From assembly GCA_963662655.2 (NCBI GenBank), contig CAXXTU010000002.1, positions 3,456,001-3,520,000 of the forward strand: a DNA stretch of 64,000 nucleotides, given 5' to 3'. Shown piece by piece: positions 10,263-20,227 of this stretch (position 1 is its first letter; each line of letters starts with the position of its first letter). A program made the position numbers and the translations under genes. Origin of the DNA: Candidatus Cloacimonadales bacterium (GTDB lineage Bacteria > Cloacimonadota > Cloacimonadia > Cloacimonadales > JAIOQZ01). Under the pieces are notes generated by a model that was given only the letters and a program-made list of their open reading frames with translations, did not search any database and had not been told where the DNA came from.

Positions 10263-11303
10263 TCAAGATTTATCGGAATGAATGTTCTTTTGGCTTATTT
10301 TCAGCTTGATTCCTTCACCGCAGTTCAGACACATGGGGATGGCCTTGCGGTTCTTCAGGATGATCTGCCTCATCCTGTTGAAACGCTGTCCGCGCCATAT
10401 CTCTTCGATGCTCTGATCCTTCACGTTTCCTACCGGATGATCGACATCTTTGTCGAAGCAGCAAACCGCCATCTCACCGTCCCAGTTGATCACGGGATTG
10501 GTCCAGATACGATAGCACCGGTTCTTCACTTCGTGCTTGAGCTCGAAGTGCTCGCCGTCGATTTTGTAGCGTCTGTACCGGGGATTGGAGGGCATGAAAT
10601 TCAGCATGTCCTCTTTTGTGTAAAGTTGCACGGTCTTCAGGACCATCTGATCCACGCCGAGCCGCTTGGAGAGATTCTTGATCTGCTCGATCTCGTTCTC
10701 GTTGTGTTTCATGACGATGAATTGCCAGATGATCGACGGGGTTCTCGATTTCAAACGCTTCTTCGCCTCGATGATCTTGCGCGCGTTCTCGATTACCTTC
10801 TCGAAGTCGCCGTTGACGCGGTAGCGATTGTAGGTGTCCTGACTCGCGCCGTCCAGGGATACGATCATGGAATCGAGGCCGGAGCGCACGATGTCTTCAG
10901 CGTCGGGCATGATATTGGCGTTCGTGGATGTCATGGAGTAAATCTTGCGCTCCGAGCAATACCTGAACATATCCAGGATGCGCGGATGAAGGAACGGTTC
11001 CCCCTGATTCCAGAAACAGATCATGCTTGTCTTCTGCGCAGATTCATCGACGATCTTTTTGTAGAGATCGAAATCCATGTATCCCTTGGGCCGCTTGAGC
11101 GTTCCGTTACCGGATGGGCACATCGGGCATTTGAGGTTGCAGATATTGGTGGGCTCCAGCATCAGAATGGGCGGGTATTTCCCCACGACCGGTCTCTTGG
11201 TCATGAGTGAAATGCCGTAAGCCGCGTAGGCTTCCGTAAAGTGATACAGGTGCCCGGGCGTATAGGCTTTATGTATGGCGTTAAGGTATTCTTTCAGTAT
11301 CAT
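10263..11303 (-). CDS. Radical SAM protein with SPASM/twitch domain
   Basis: CNLKCPMC, GEPFLH, and C-terminal C...CCFD...CLNC. Start ATG 11303 overlaps the upstream stop. Confidence 0.92.
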   Translation of the reverse strand: MILKEYLNAIHKAYTPGHLYHFTEAYAAYGISLMTKRPVVGKYPPILMLEPTNICNLKCPMCPSGNGTLKRPKGYMDFDLYKKIVDESAQKTSMICFWNQGEPFLHPRILDMFRYCSERKIYSMTSTNANIMPDAEDIVRSGLDSMIVSLDGASQDTYNRYRVNGDFEKVIENARKIIEAKKRLKSRTPSIIWQFIVMKHNENEIEQIKNLSKRLGVDQMVLKTVQLYTKEDMLNFMPSNPRYRRYKIDGEHFELKHEVKNRCYRIWTNPVINWDGEMAVCCFDKDVDHPVGNVKDQSIEEIWRGQRFNRMRQIILKNRKAIPMCLNCGEGIKLKISQKNIHSDKS

Positions 11304-13228
11304 TTCTGTGTTTCTCCCATGCGTTCCATATGGCGGACGAGCAGCATCTCCAGAAAAAACAGCGCTAGCGCCGCGATCAAGAGATATTTCCAAAGCTCGA
11401 ATCCGTACCGCGATGCAAGGATTTCCTGCTGCCAATCTTCGTCCAGCCAAAAGATATTTTCCCCCTCCTCCGAAGCAGGCTGGAAACGGCTTTCGTCGTA
11501 GCGAAGATTGACCGCGAACCTTGTGTCGTTTTCGAGATTACTGTAGATTCCGGGCTGCGTGAGGATCGCATCGCTTCCGGACAACCGGATTTCCGATCCT
11601 TCCGGCAGCTTCACTGCGCGACTTCCGCGAGGGTACAAATCTCCAACCTGAAGATCCTGCGTCAGCAGTCCGCTGGTGGATTGATATTGCAAGCACCGAT
11701 AGGCCAGAACCGGGAAGGCGGAATCGAGCAGGAAGGGGTCGTCCAGGTCGGCGGGATCGAACGTCCAGAATAGACCTTTGACCGTGGCAAGTACAAGCGG
11801 AGCGTTGCCTGCCTGAAGAAGGACATCCCCCAGGATATTCTCCGACTTCGATTCCCAGAATCCGTTGATGCGCGTTTTCTTCAGCTGGGTCTGGTCGAAC
11901 ACCGCGGTGATCGGATGCCAGGCGCTGATCTGGTCGATGGTGCGCGGCGATTTATCGTGAAAGTCTGTTAGATTGATTCCCGTAACTTCCAGAAGATGAT
12001 TTCTCCAGTCATCCGAGAGCAGGGAATCGGCGACGAACAATGTTTTATTCGCAGTGTTCTGCAGCAGGAAATCCAGACGGTGGGAATAGGCCTTGCGGTA
12101 AATCATGATAACCTGATACGGAACGATGTCTTCGTTGCTGAGGTTGTCTTCCAGGAAGTCGATCGTCCCACCCTGCCCGGCGAAGACATCCATGATGGTC
12201 TCGAGTGCGAGGGGCAGTTGAGGCAAATCCGTGATGATTCCAATCTTTGGGCTTGGTTCGTAATAGAAGGTGAACCAGTTGCGATTGTCGTACAGGAGAC
12301 GCTCGTTCTTCACGGATACATAACCGCTGTGCCATCCCGGGCGTTCGAGGTTGATCCGGAAGGTGGACGACTTCGTCTGCTCCGGTTCGATGTCGATAGC
12401 CTGCTCGGCGATCGTCCGGCCGTCGAGGATCAACTGGCAGATGATCCCGTGCTGTGCTTCCGGGGAATGGTTCACCGCTTCGAATTGCAGGTTGTGGCTC
12501 AGGGTCCGGTCAACCAGCGCGATGTCGAGTCTCGCATTCTGGCAGCTAATGTTGTTCTGGGTCTCGTAGCCCCCTGAGCGGATCACATACAGCGGAGTAT
12601 CGGTCGCTTTGGGGTAATCCTGAGCCTGGCGATCCGTGAAGAGCCATATTTCGCGATTGGGAAGCTGGGATTCCTTCAGGAACTCCTCCGCCTTCGCCAC
12701 GGCCTCTTCGGGCGAGATCGTAAGCGGGGATATCTCGATGTTTTGAATCGTCTTTTCGTCTGGTTTTCCGCCTTTGAGATAGCTGTACAGGCTGTTCCAC
12801 TGGTTGTCGAGCGTCATCAGGACGGAGAAATCGCTTTCGTTGAGGAGATCGCCGGCGGCCTTCGCGTTTTTCCTTGCGATATCCAGCGCCGTGCTCGTAT
12901 CGACAAGGTACTCCATGGAGTAGGAGTTATCGATAATGATCGCGACAGCTGTTCGCGGGTGACGTGCGCTGCTCTTGAGGAAGCTGAGTTTAACGGTTGG
13001 ACGGGCCAGTGCCAGAACCGTGAAGAGGATGATCAGCGTGCGGATCAGAAGCAGGAGAAAATTCTTCAGATTGATGCGACGGTTCTGCTTCTGAACGCTG
13101 TTCTGAATGTATCGGATGGTGCTGAAGACGATCACCTGCGGCTTGCGCTTGGCAAACAGGTGTATCAGGAGTGGGATCGCAGCGGCCGCCACGAGAAAGA
13201 GGATTCCGGAATTCAGGAAATGGAGCAT
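11300..13228 (-). CDS. BatA N-terminal double-TM / vWA-domain membrane protein
   Basis: IPLLIHL...LLLLIRTL...LALARP BatA motif, MIDAS DNSYSM, and a C-terminal TM helix (ELWKYLL). Confidence 0.88.
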   Translation of the reverse strand: MLHFLNSGILFLVAAAAIPLLIHLFAKRKPQVIVFSTIRYIQNSVQKQNRRINLKNFLLLLIRTLIILFTVLALARPTVKLSFLKSSARHPRTAVAIIIDNSYSMEYLVDTSTALDIARKNAKAAGDLLNESDFSVLMTLDNQWNSLYSYLKGGKPDEKTIQNIEISPLTISPEEAVAKAEEFLKESQLPNREIWLFTDRQAQDYPKATDTPLYVIRSGGYETQNNISCQNARLDIALVDRTLSHNLQFEAVNHSPEAQHGIICQLILDGRTIAEQAIDIEPEQTKSSTFRINLERPGWHSGYVSVKNERLLYDNRNWFTFYYEPSPKIGIITDLPQLPLALETIMDVFAGQGGTIDFLEDNLSNEDIVPYQVIMIYRKAYSHRLDFLLQNTANKTLFVADSLLSDDWRNHLLEVTGINLTDFHDKSPRTIDQISAWHPITAVFDQTQLKKTRINGFWESKSENILGDVLLQAGNAPLVLATVKGLFWTFDPADLDDPFLLDSAFPVLAYRCLQYQSTSGLLTQDLQVGDLYPRGSRAVKLPEGSEIRLSGSDAILTQPGIYSNLENDTRFAVNLRYDESRFQPASEEGENIFWLDEDWQQEILASRYGFELWKYLLIAALALFFLEMLLVRHMERMGETQK

Positions 13229-14248
13229 CTATATACCCATGGTGATGCTGAGCTGGTACCTGCTGGTATTGCCCTTGAATCCTCGCGACAACATGGAAAA
13301 ATCGAGCCGCGCCATCGAATAGTAATATCCGAATCCCCAACTCTGAAAGACGTTGTCCTCGTTGTCGTATTCCTCGCTGAAAAGACCGAATCGCAAGAAG
13401 AGCGAACTCGGCACGTTTTCGTTCTCACTAAAGGAGAAACCGCGTTCAAGGCCGATATGATAGGTCGGCTCGGGCCTTTTATCGAGCTTCATCTGGGTGG
13501 TGATCAGCAGCTTGTAGGCGTCGTTGCCGAGTTGCATACCCAGGGCGGCTCTCTGCTGCAAAATCTTGTTTTCGTGCTTTCGCCAGTACAGGTGGGAAAG
13601 AAAATCGTAAAAGGTGAGACCGACACGGAGGTATTCGTAGTTGTAGAGCATACCGAAATCGAGGGAGTAGCCGTTCACTTCGTCGTCCGTGAAGTCGTTA
13701 CGCACCCAAAGCGTATCATGTAACGTCTCCGTGAGGTACGTCATGCTACCGACGTGGTATTTGAAGCCGAGTCCCCAGGCGATTTTATCCTCGATATCGC
13801 CCACGCCCATGTGAAAGGTGTCCAGCTCGTATTCGCGGAAAATCCGGTGCTCGGTGTCGTTGTCGTCCGTCCAGTTGTAGTTGTCGTAGGCTCGGTAGAG
13901 CGGATAATAGGCGAATCCCGCTTTCTCGCCGTAGATGGTGAGGTAGTCGAAGCGAGCGGCCTTGAACATGCTGTTGAGCTTGATCATTTCCGAGAAGGAT
14001 TTGTCTTCGTCGGAATCGACCTTCAGCACAGTGCCGATCACGCCGGCTTTTGCGTAGGCCAGCAGGGCGGGGTTGTTGTAAACAATCGCCGGCTCGTTCT
14101 GATAGGTAACGCTCATCGCGCCAAACGAGGACACGATCCCTGAGCGCTGGCGTTCCGGAATGTGGTAATCATAGGTTTCGATCGGCAGTTCAACGCCGAA
14201 GGCGCCAACCGCGATGGTCAGAAGCAGCATCAATAGTGTGTTTTTCAT
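13229..14248 (-). CDS. Putative outer-membrane beta-barrel (FadL/PorV-like)
   Basis: Signal peptide, YNNPALL motif, aromatic amphipathic strands. Confidence 0.6.
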   Translation of the reverse strand: MKNTLLMLLLTIAVGAFGVELPIETYDYHIPERQRSGIVSSFGAMSVTYQNEPAIVYNNPALLAYAKAGVIGTVLKVDSDEDKSFSEMIKLNSMFKAARFDYLTIYGEKAGFAYYPLYRAYDNYNWTDDNDTEHRIFREYELDTFHMGVGDIEDKIAWGLGFKYHVGSMTYLTETLHDTLWVRNDFTDDEVNGYSLDFGMLYNYEYLRVGLTFYDFLSHLYWRKHENKILQQRAALGMQLGNDAYKLLITTQMKLDKRPEPTYHIGLERGFSFSENENVPSSLFLRFGLFSEEYDNEDNVFQSWGFGYYYSMARLDFSMLSRGFKGNTSRYQLSITMGI

Positions 14249-15357
14249 AGGCGTTTGTCGAAAATCCTGTAGGTTTTATGGATGGTTGCGCCAAGCTTGG
14301 CAGCTGCCTGGTTCATCACGGTGTTGGTCTCGAGAATCCACGATAGCTCACCATCGTGAAATCCCTTCGTCAATCCGTTCTTGTATGTTAGGTAGTGGAA
14401 TACTGCATCGATTCCACGCTTCTGATAGTCTTTGAGAATGCCGAGGGTCAGAATCCTTGCCCGGCGGATTTTGTTCTTGTAGTAGAGCGCTTTGATGAAT
14501 CCGAACGGCAGAATACGCCCGTTGAGCTTGCTCAGAACCATGTTATAATCGGGAAGCGCGACCGAGAATCCGACCGGGGTTCCATCAACTTCCGCGATGT
14601 ATACGAAATCGGGATCCACCACGGGAAGAAGCGCTTTGACCGTGTGGTCGAATTCGGCGCGTGTCATGGGAACGAATCCCCAGTTGTATTCCCACGCCTT
14701 GGTGTAGAGCGTGAAGACAATCTCGATCTCGCTTTTCAGCTTCTTCTTGTCGATTTTGCGTACGGTGAATCCACCACGCTGTTTCGCCCTTTCCGCAAAC
14801 TTCTCCAGACGCTGGTTCATCGCTTCGTCGTGCAGAAGCCAGGCGTAGAGGTCCATCGCTTTTTCGTAACCACAGCCGGAAATCAAGTCCTGATACCAGG
14901 GCGAATTGTGGGGCATCATCACGAAAGGCGGTGTGTCAAATCCCTCGACGAGCAATCCGCATTCGTCGTTCACGGAGAAGTTCAATGGACCGCGAGCCGT
15001 GTCGCAGCCCCGGGCTCGAAGCCATCTTTCGACCTCGTCGAGCAAGGCTCTCGCGATTTCCGTGTTGTGCTCGGACTCGAAGAAACCGAAGAAGCCGATT
15101 TTGTCCTTGTGGAAGTTGTTGTGCTGCGTGTTGGTGTGCGCGCTGATGCGCCCGACGGGTTTTCCGTCGCTCAATGCCAGGAATAGCTGGACCTCCGAGT
15201 GCTCGTAGTAGGGATTCTTCTTTGGATTGAAGAACGCCTTCTGCTCCATGATGAGAGGCGGAACCCAGTTCGGGTCATCGCGGTACAGACGAAAGGGCAG
15301 TTTGATAAACTGCATCAGTTGTTTCTTCGTAGTTACCGGAATGACCTGCACCGGCAT
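14245..15357 (-). CDS. GNAT-fold acyltransferase (YghO / bacterial ceramide synthase-like family)
   Basis: FIKLP..LY.DDPNWVPPL, GRISA, GFFGFFE, RGP, GLLVEGFD.PP..MMP, ELSWILETN. Confidence 0.8.
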   Translation of the reverse strand: MPVQVIPVTTKKQLMQFIKLPFRLYRDDPNWVPPLIMEQKAFFNPKKNPYYEHSEVQLFLALSDGKPVGRISAHTNTQHNNFHKDKIGFFGFFESEHNTEIARALLDEVERWLRARGCDTARGPLNFSVNDECGLLVEGFDTPPFVMMPHNSPWYQDLISGCGYEKAMDLYAWLLHDEAMNQRLEKFAERAKQRGGFTVRKIDKKKLKSEIEIVFTLYTKAWEYNWGFVPMTRAEFDHTVKALLPVVDPDFVYIAEVDGTPVGFSVALPDYNMVLSKLNGRILPFGFIKALYYKNKIRRARILTLGILKDYQKRGIDAVFHYLTYKNGLTKGFHDGELSWILETNTVMNQAAAKLGATIHKTYRIFDKRL

Positions 15358-15962
15358 CAGAATTCTCCCAGTCTCTTGGATACGATGAAGTTCAAGACGC
15401 CCATCAGTACGGCGCTAACGCCGAAATACGCGAAGTTCACGTAGTCCAGTCCGATGAACATGTTGGAGATGTAAACGAACAGAACCGGCAATAAGACGAT
15501 CATGTACTGGGCGAAGCGCACCTGCTTGAATTTTCCTACGATGATCAAAGCGAGCAGGGAGGAGGCGATCATCGGCCAGAACGCAAAGAAAGCGATGAAG
15601 CCGTGGAAGCTGAATATCCCGCGACCACCCTTGAAGTTGCGAGTCACCGGCAGGCAGTGCCCGATGATGGACATAAAACCGAAAAGCATCAGCCAACGGT
15701 GATCTGCATAAGTGGAATCGCAGTAGAGCAGGACTTTCTGCAGCAGGAAGAGGTAGGCGTACATCTTGGTGAAATCCACGAGGCCCACCAGAATCCCGAG
15801 CGTCTTGCTCACGTTGCAATAGATATTGGCCGTGTCGGGGTGCCCGGTGCCGACCTTGGTGATTTTCAAGTTTTTAAACGTCTTGGCTACGATCCTCGCT
15901 GTGGAAAAACATCCGATCAGATAGGATAAAAGGGACAATAGTATTGGTAAAATCGCGTGCAT
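15357..15962 (-). CDS. plsY: Glycerol-3-phosphate acyltransferase PlsY-like
   Basis: SYLIG, GTGHPDTANI (variant of GSGNxGxTN), D..K, IIGHCLP, FKGGRG; multiple TM helices. Confidence 0.8.
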   Translation of the reverse strand: MHAILPILLSLLSYLIGCFSTARIVAKTFKNLKITKVGTGHPDTANIYCNVSKTLGILVGLVDFTKMYAYLFLLQKVLLYCDSTYADHRWLMLFGFMSIIGHCLPVTRNFKGGRGIFSFHGFIAFFAFWPMIASSLLALIIVGKFKQVRFAQYMIVLLPVLFVYISNMFIGLDYVNFAYFGVSAVLMGVLNFIVSKRLGEF

Positions 15963-15976
15963 CTATTTTTCTCCAA

Positions 15977-16654
15977 TCAATAACGGGAGCCGAAAATCGC
16001 CGTTCCGATGCGAACGATGTTCGCGCCTTCTTCGATGGCGATTTCAAAATCGTGTGACATCCCCATGGAAAGGTATTTCATTTCAATGTTTTCGATCGAT
16101 TCCCCGGCCACTTGATCGTAGAGCCCACGGAGCAAGCGGAAGCTCTTTCTGATTTCCTGCTCGTCGCCGGTGAAGGGGGCAATGGTCATCAAACCCTTCA
16201 CGTGGAGGTGAGTGAGAGGCGACAGCTCCTTCAGCATGGGAAGAAGCTCTTCGGGTTGAATACCTTCCTTGGAATCTTCCCCGGAAGTGTTTACCTCGAT
16301 GAGAACATCCTGGTGCCGGTCCACTTCTTGCAGGATGGCGTTCAGCTTCACCGCCGTGGTTATCTTATCGAGCGAATGAATCAGCGTGGGATTTAGCGGC
16401 AGAAGCTTTCGTATCTTGTTGGTTTGCAAATGCCCGATAAAATGGAATTCGGTGAACTGGCCTTCCAGCCTCGGAAGCTTCTCTTCCGCTTCCTGAACCC
16501 GGTTCTCGCCGATGATATCGATCCCTTCCGACAAAGCTTCCTGTATGTAATGGGCACTGTGATTCTTCGTGACCGCGATCATTTTCACGTCTTTGCCGTT
16601 CGCGGCTTTCGCGATACGTGCCCTGATTTTTTCGATCCGTTCTTTCAAGCTCAT
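15977..16654 (-). CDS. yggS: PLP homeostasis protein YggS/PROSC
   Basis: IAVTK, GENRVQE, HFIGHLQTNK, GLMTI, LSMGMSHDF, VRIGTAIFG. Confidence 0.96.
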   Translation of the reverse strand: MSLKERIEKIRARIAKAANGKDVKMIAVTKNHSAHYIQEALSEGIDIIGENRVQEAEEKLPRLEGQFTEFHFIGHLQTNKIRKLLPLNPTLIHSLDKITTAVKLNAILQEVDRHQDVLIEVNTSGEDSKEGIQPEELLPMLKELSPLTHLHVKGLMTIAPFTGDEQEIRKSFRLLRGLYDQVAGESIENIEMKYLSMGMSHDFEIAIEEGANIVRIGTAIFGSRY

Positions 16655-17280
16655 GTTTTCTCCCTGAAAATACGATGTAAAAACCTCCCGTCACAACGAG
16701 ATGTCAAGGTTTAATGTAATTTCGCGCGATCCTGCACGATAACTTCAGAATTTTCCTCGATTTATAGAAAATATCGTCGGTTATACGCTGTGGAAAACAT
16801 TTTCACGTTTCGGGGATGCACATAAAAATTTTAGTGGATTGCCTTTGTTAAAAAAGTCGCCGTCAATATGTGCGATAAACAAATTTTACCATAAAAGAAA
16901 AATCCTGTAATGAATCAACTTGACAGCTTTGCATTTTCAGCTAACATATTATTCGTGACAGAGTAATCTCAAAGCGTAAGACCCATGGGGTTAATGAATA
17001 TTAATTCATGAACGTATTGCTATGTTAAATGGTGGATTAGAAAATCTGTTGTTTGGGCCTCTTAACGTCACAATACTTACGGGCTGGACAAATCGGCCTG
17101 TCATGGCAATACAGGTTCGTAAATTGCTGAAATTTCTCATGCGGTTTCGGATGCGTATCGTGCGCATGGCAACTGCGTCAATATCGTAATTGGAAAGAGA
17201 AACAAAATGGTTGGAGAATGTCAGATCGAAACAAACGTTATGGTAAGGACTGCTGCATTTTTTCCCTCTCGGAGTGATTC

Positions 17281-18132
17281 ATGACATCGTCAAAAATCTT
17301 TTTCGAACCTGGCGATTTCATTCTTCTTCGAGAATACATCCTGAAAGAATTCGGTATCCGGATCGGTGACGAGAAGGCTACTTTCATCGAGGGATACCTG
17401 GCAGAACTTGTCGTCGAGAATGGCTGCAGTAGCTTCAAGGAATTCTATCATAAAGCAAAAACGGACATTACCGGTAACATTCGAAACAAGATTATCGACG
17501 CGATAACGATCCATGAGACTTCCTGGTTTCGCGACAACAAGCCCTGGGGGATTGTCGATGAACTGATCATTCCAAGATTCATATCCGATATCCGCTCAGG
17601 AAGAAAGGCACAAATCCAGGTTTGGTCGGCAGGCGTTTCCACGGGCGAAGAGATTTATTCCTTTGCGATGATCTTGGCGGAAGCCCTTCTGCGCTATCCT
17701 ATGATCAAACCGAATACGTTCAGCATCCTCGCGACGGACATCTCTCCCAGCGCTCTCTATCTGGCCATTTCGGGGAGGTACAGTCCCAAGGCCATGAAAC
17801 AGGGGATGATCCCTCATTTCAGGGAGAGATATTTCGCAGACGACAACGGAATCAGCGAGATCGCCGAGAAAATCCGGGAAATGGTAACGTTCAGCCCGTT
17901 TAATCTGTTGCATGATTTCGTGAATATACCGTCTTGCGATTTGATATTCTGTCGCAACGTATCGGTGTATTTCCCTGAAGAGGCCAAGAAGAAGCTGTTC
18001 GATAAATTCTATCACACCATGAATGACGACGGGTACTTATTGATCGGTGAATCGGAAACGCTGGACGGGATATCAAAGAAATTCCGCAAGCACGAATATA
18101 AAAAGAGTAATTACTATGTCGCCAAGAGGTAA
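17281..18132 (+). CDS. cheR: Protein-glutamate O-methyltransferase CheR
   Basis: ITIHETSWFRD, WSAGVSTGEEIYS, ATDIS, DLIFCRNV, GYLLIGESE. Confidence 0.92.
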   Translation: MTSSKIFFEPGDFILLREYILKEFGIRIGDEKATFIEGYLAELVVENGCSSFKEFYHKAKTDITGNIRNKIIDAITIHETSWFRDNKPWGIVDELIIPRFISDIRSGRKAQIQVWSAGVSTGEEIYSFAMILAEALLRYPMIKPNTFSILATDISPSALYLAISGRYSPKAMKQGMIPHFRERYFADDNGISEIAEKIREMVTFSPFNLLHDFVNIPSCDLIFCRNVSVYFPEEAKKKLFDKFYHTMNDDGYLLIGESETLDGISKKFRKHEYKKSNYYVAKR

Positions 18133-18141
18133 CTTAGCGCT

Positions 18142-18549
18142 ATGAAGATTTTGACTGTTGACGACTCGCGTCTTATGCGGGCAATCATTCGATGCACCGT
18201 TGAATCGCTGGGCTTCGAAGCGCTCGAAGCTTCCAACGGATTTCAGGCTCTGAAGGCTATGAAGAATCATTCCGATGAGATTTGTCTGATTCTTCTGGAC
18301 TGGAATATGCCCGGCATGAGCGGATTTGATTTACTTTTAAAGCTCAAGGCTCACAAGGATTACAGCTCGATACCGATCATGATGGTAACCACCGAGAGCG
18401 AGAGCGAGCATGTCATCGACGCCATTAAAAATGGGGCGACAAACTATCTGAAAAAACCCTTTACACCCGAGACGCTGGTGAATAAAATAACCGAAGTACT
18501 TGGCGAACTGCCTGTTGAATTCAGGGATTCGGAAGAAACGAAAATATAG
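18142..18549 (+). CDS. cheY: CheY-like response regulator
   Basis: ILTVDDS, LLDWNMPGMSG, MMVTT, YLKKPF. Confidence 0.88.
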   Translation: MKILTVDDSRLMRAIIRCTVESLGFEALEASNGFQALKAMKNHSDEICLILLDWNMPGMSGFDLLLKLKAHKDYSSIPIMMVTTESESEHVIDAIKNGATNYLKKPFTPETLVNKITEVLGELPVEFRDSEETKI

Positions 18550-18557
18550 AGGTATAG

Positions 18558-19409
18558 ATGTATCGAAATACGATTTTGGAGCGCCTCTCTCGCATTGAAG
18601 AAGCTCCAACCATGTTGACCATTGCTTTGGAAATTGACCGGTTATCGAGAAACCCGGATACATCTGCAAACCAAGTCAGCAGCATCATCAGGCTGGACCC
18701 CGCTCTCACGGGTAAGGTTCTGAAGATAGCGAATTCGGCTGTATACGCCTCGCGGCAGCGGATCGTCAGCTTGCAGCAAGCGATCGCCAGGCTCGGATTC
18801 TCGGAGATCCGCCGGATCACGATATCCATCGCCGTTATCAACAGCTTCAAGAATTTTTTCGTCGATTACGAGAAGTTCTGGATCCATTCGATTTCGACGG
18901 CTTATCTTGGCGTTGCTCTGCACAAGAAAGCCGTTCAGCAAACGGAAGAAGACGAAGTATACATCTGTGGAATATTGCATGACATCGGTGTTCTGATTAT
19001 GGATCAGTATTTCACGACAATCTACAAAAAGGTGTTCGAGATTGCGGAGCGTCGTCGTTTCGACCTTCCGGTCGTCGAAGAGAAATTGCTGGGAATATCC
19101 CACGCCGAAGTTGGAGCATTTTTGCTACGGAAATGGAAACTGCCGGACACAATTACAGATGCTGTTCTGAATCATCATACTCCACAACGGGCTAAATCGA
19201 ATCCTGTCGCCACAAGATTGGTTTACCTCTCCAATTTCATCTGCAACAATCGCGGAATCGATAACGGTTGCGGATTCTTTCCGGAGGGATTTTATGATGA
19301 TATTTGGGACGAGCTTGGCTTGAGAGTGGACGAGATACCGTCCATAATCGAATCGGTTATGAAAGAAACTGTGAAGGCCAAGGAGATATTGCGTCTGGGC
19401 GGTCGTTGA
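18558..19409 (+). CDS. HDOD domain protein
   Basis: DPALTGKVLKIANS, AIARLG, FWIHS, GILHDIG, SHAEVGAFLLRKWKLP, HH. Confidence 0.93.
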   Translation: MYRNTILERLSRIEEAPTMLTIALEIDRLSRNPDTSANQVSSIIRLDPALTGKVLKIANSAVYASRQRIVSLQQAIARLGFSEIRRITISIAVINSFKNFFVDYEKFWIHSISTAYLGVALHKKAVQQTEEDEVYICGILHDIGVLIMDQYFTTIYKKVFEIAERRRFDLPVVEEKLLGISHAEVGAFLLRKWKLPDTITDAVLNHHTPQRAKSNPVATRLVYLSNFICNNRGIDNGCGFFPEGFYDDIWDELGLRVDEIPSIIESVMKETVKAKEILRLGGR

Positions 19410-20227
19410 TGGACAAAGCGGTGTTCCTCGAGTTGGGCCACAGAAAGGGTTGGAGTGATTTGTTTCATCCGGACGGCCTCTCCGTAGCGTACCGTACGTG
19501 GGAAGAAATGACGGATGAAGATATCGTCGATTACAATATTGTCGCGATCTACCTTGAACACTCCCAGGTAGATCTGATCTATTTCCTTCGCGAAAAGCTT
19601 TCCTACAGACCGGTGGTTATCATTGTTTTCCTGCCGGACGAGGACGCGGATTCGTTTTCGGATTATCTGGCCGCCGGGGCGGATATTGTTCGGGCGCTGC
19701 CGGATGAGGACGAGGACGTTCGGCCTGTCATCAACGAGGCGCGCAAGCATCTCGAGGTGGGGGATCTCCGGCTTGATTCCGTTGCGAACGCTCTGAAGGA
19801 TGCGGTTGACGAAGTCTTCACAACACTGGTTCAGATGCCGGTTACCCTGACGGATTTGCAAAGAACCGAGCTCCATATCAATGGAGACGACCACGCGGCG
19901 GTGATGAATGTTAAGGGCGAGCTAAACGGATTTATCCTGATGGAGCTTCCGTCGGCGTTCGGCGCAACATTGATTTCCAGAATTCTGCCCGTCGATATCA
20001 ACGATTTGGATCGGAACGATGTGACCGAAGCCTTATTCGAGTTTGTAAACATGATCGCCGGAAACACGAAATCACGTCTTAACACGTTTTGCCATGCCTA
20101 CACACTAACGCAGCCCAAGGAACTCGACGAGAAGAACAAACATGAATACATCGGAAAGAAATGCACGGCGCTCCATTTTGAAAACGACCAGAAAAGCAGG
20201 TTCACGATATTCTACCATTTCGCATGA
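19409..20227 (+). CDS. CheX-like phosphatase with N-terminal degenerate receiver-like domain
   Basis: C-terminal EALFEFVNMIAG matches the CheC/CheX ExxN motif; start overlaps the HDOD stop. Confidence 0.75.
   Translation: MDKAVFLELGHRKGWSDLFHPDGLSVAYRTWEEMTDEDIVDYNIVAIYLEHSQVDLIYFLREKLSYRPVVIIVFLPDEDADSFSDYLAAGADIVRALPDEDEDVRPVINEARKHLEVGDLRLDSVANALKDAVDEVFTTLVQMPVTLTDLQRTELHINGDDHAAVMNVKGELNGFILMELPSAFGATLISRILPVDINDLDRNDVTEALFEFVNMIAGNTKSRLNTFCHAYTLTQPKELDEKNKHEYIGKKCTALHFENDQKSRFTIFYHFA

Noticed and set aside
16655..17280. c-di-GMP riboswitch, sigma54 promoter or small ORF (17022-17189) upstream of cheR
   Set aside because: No GEMM consensus, no correctly spaced -24/-12 boxes, and the small ORF lacks an SD and any motif. 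It is best read as an AT-rich divergent promoter region.
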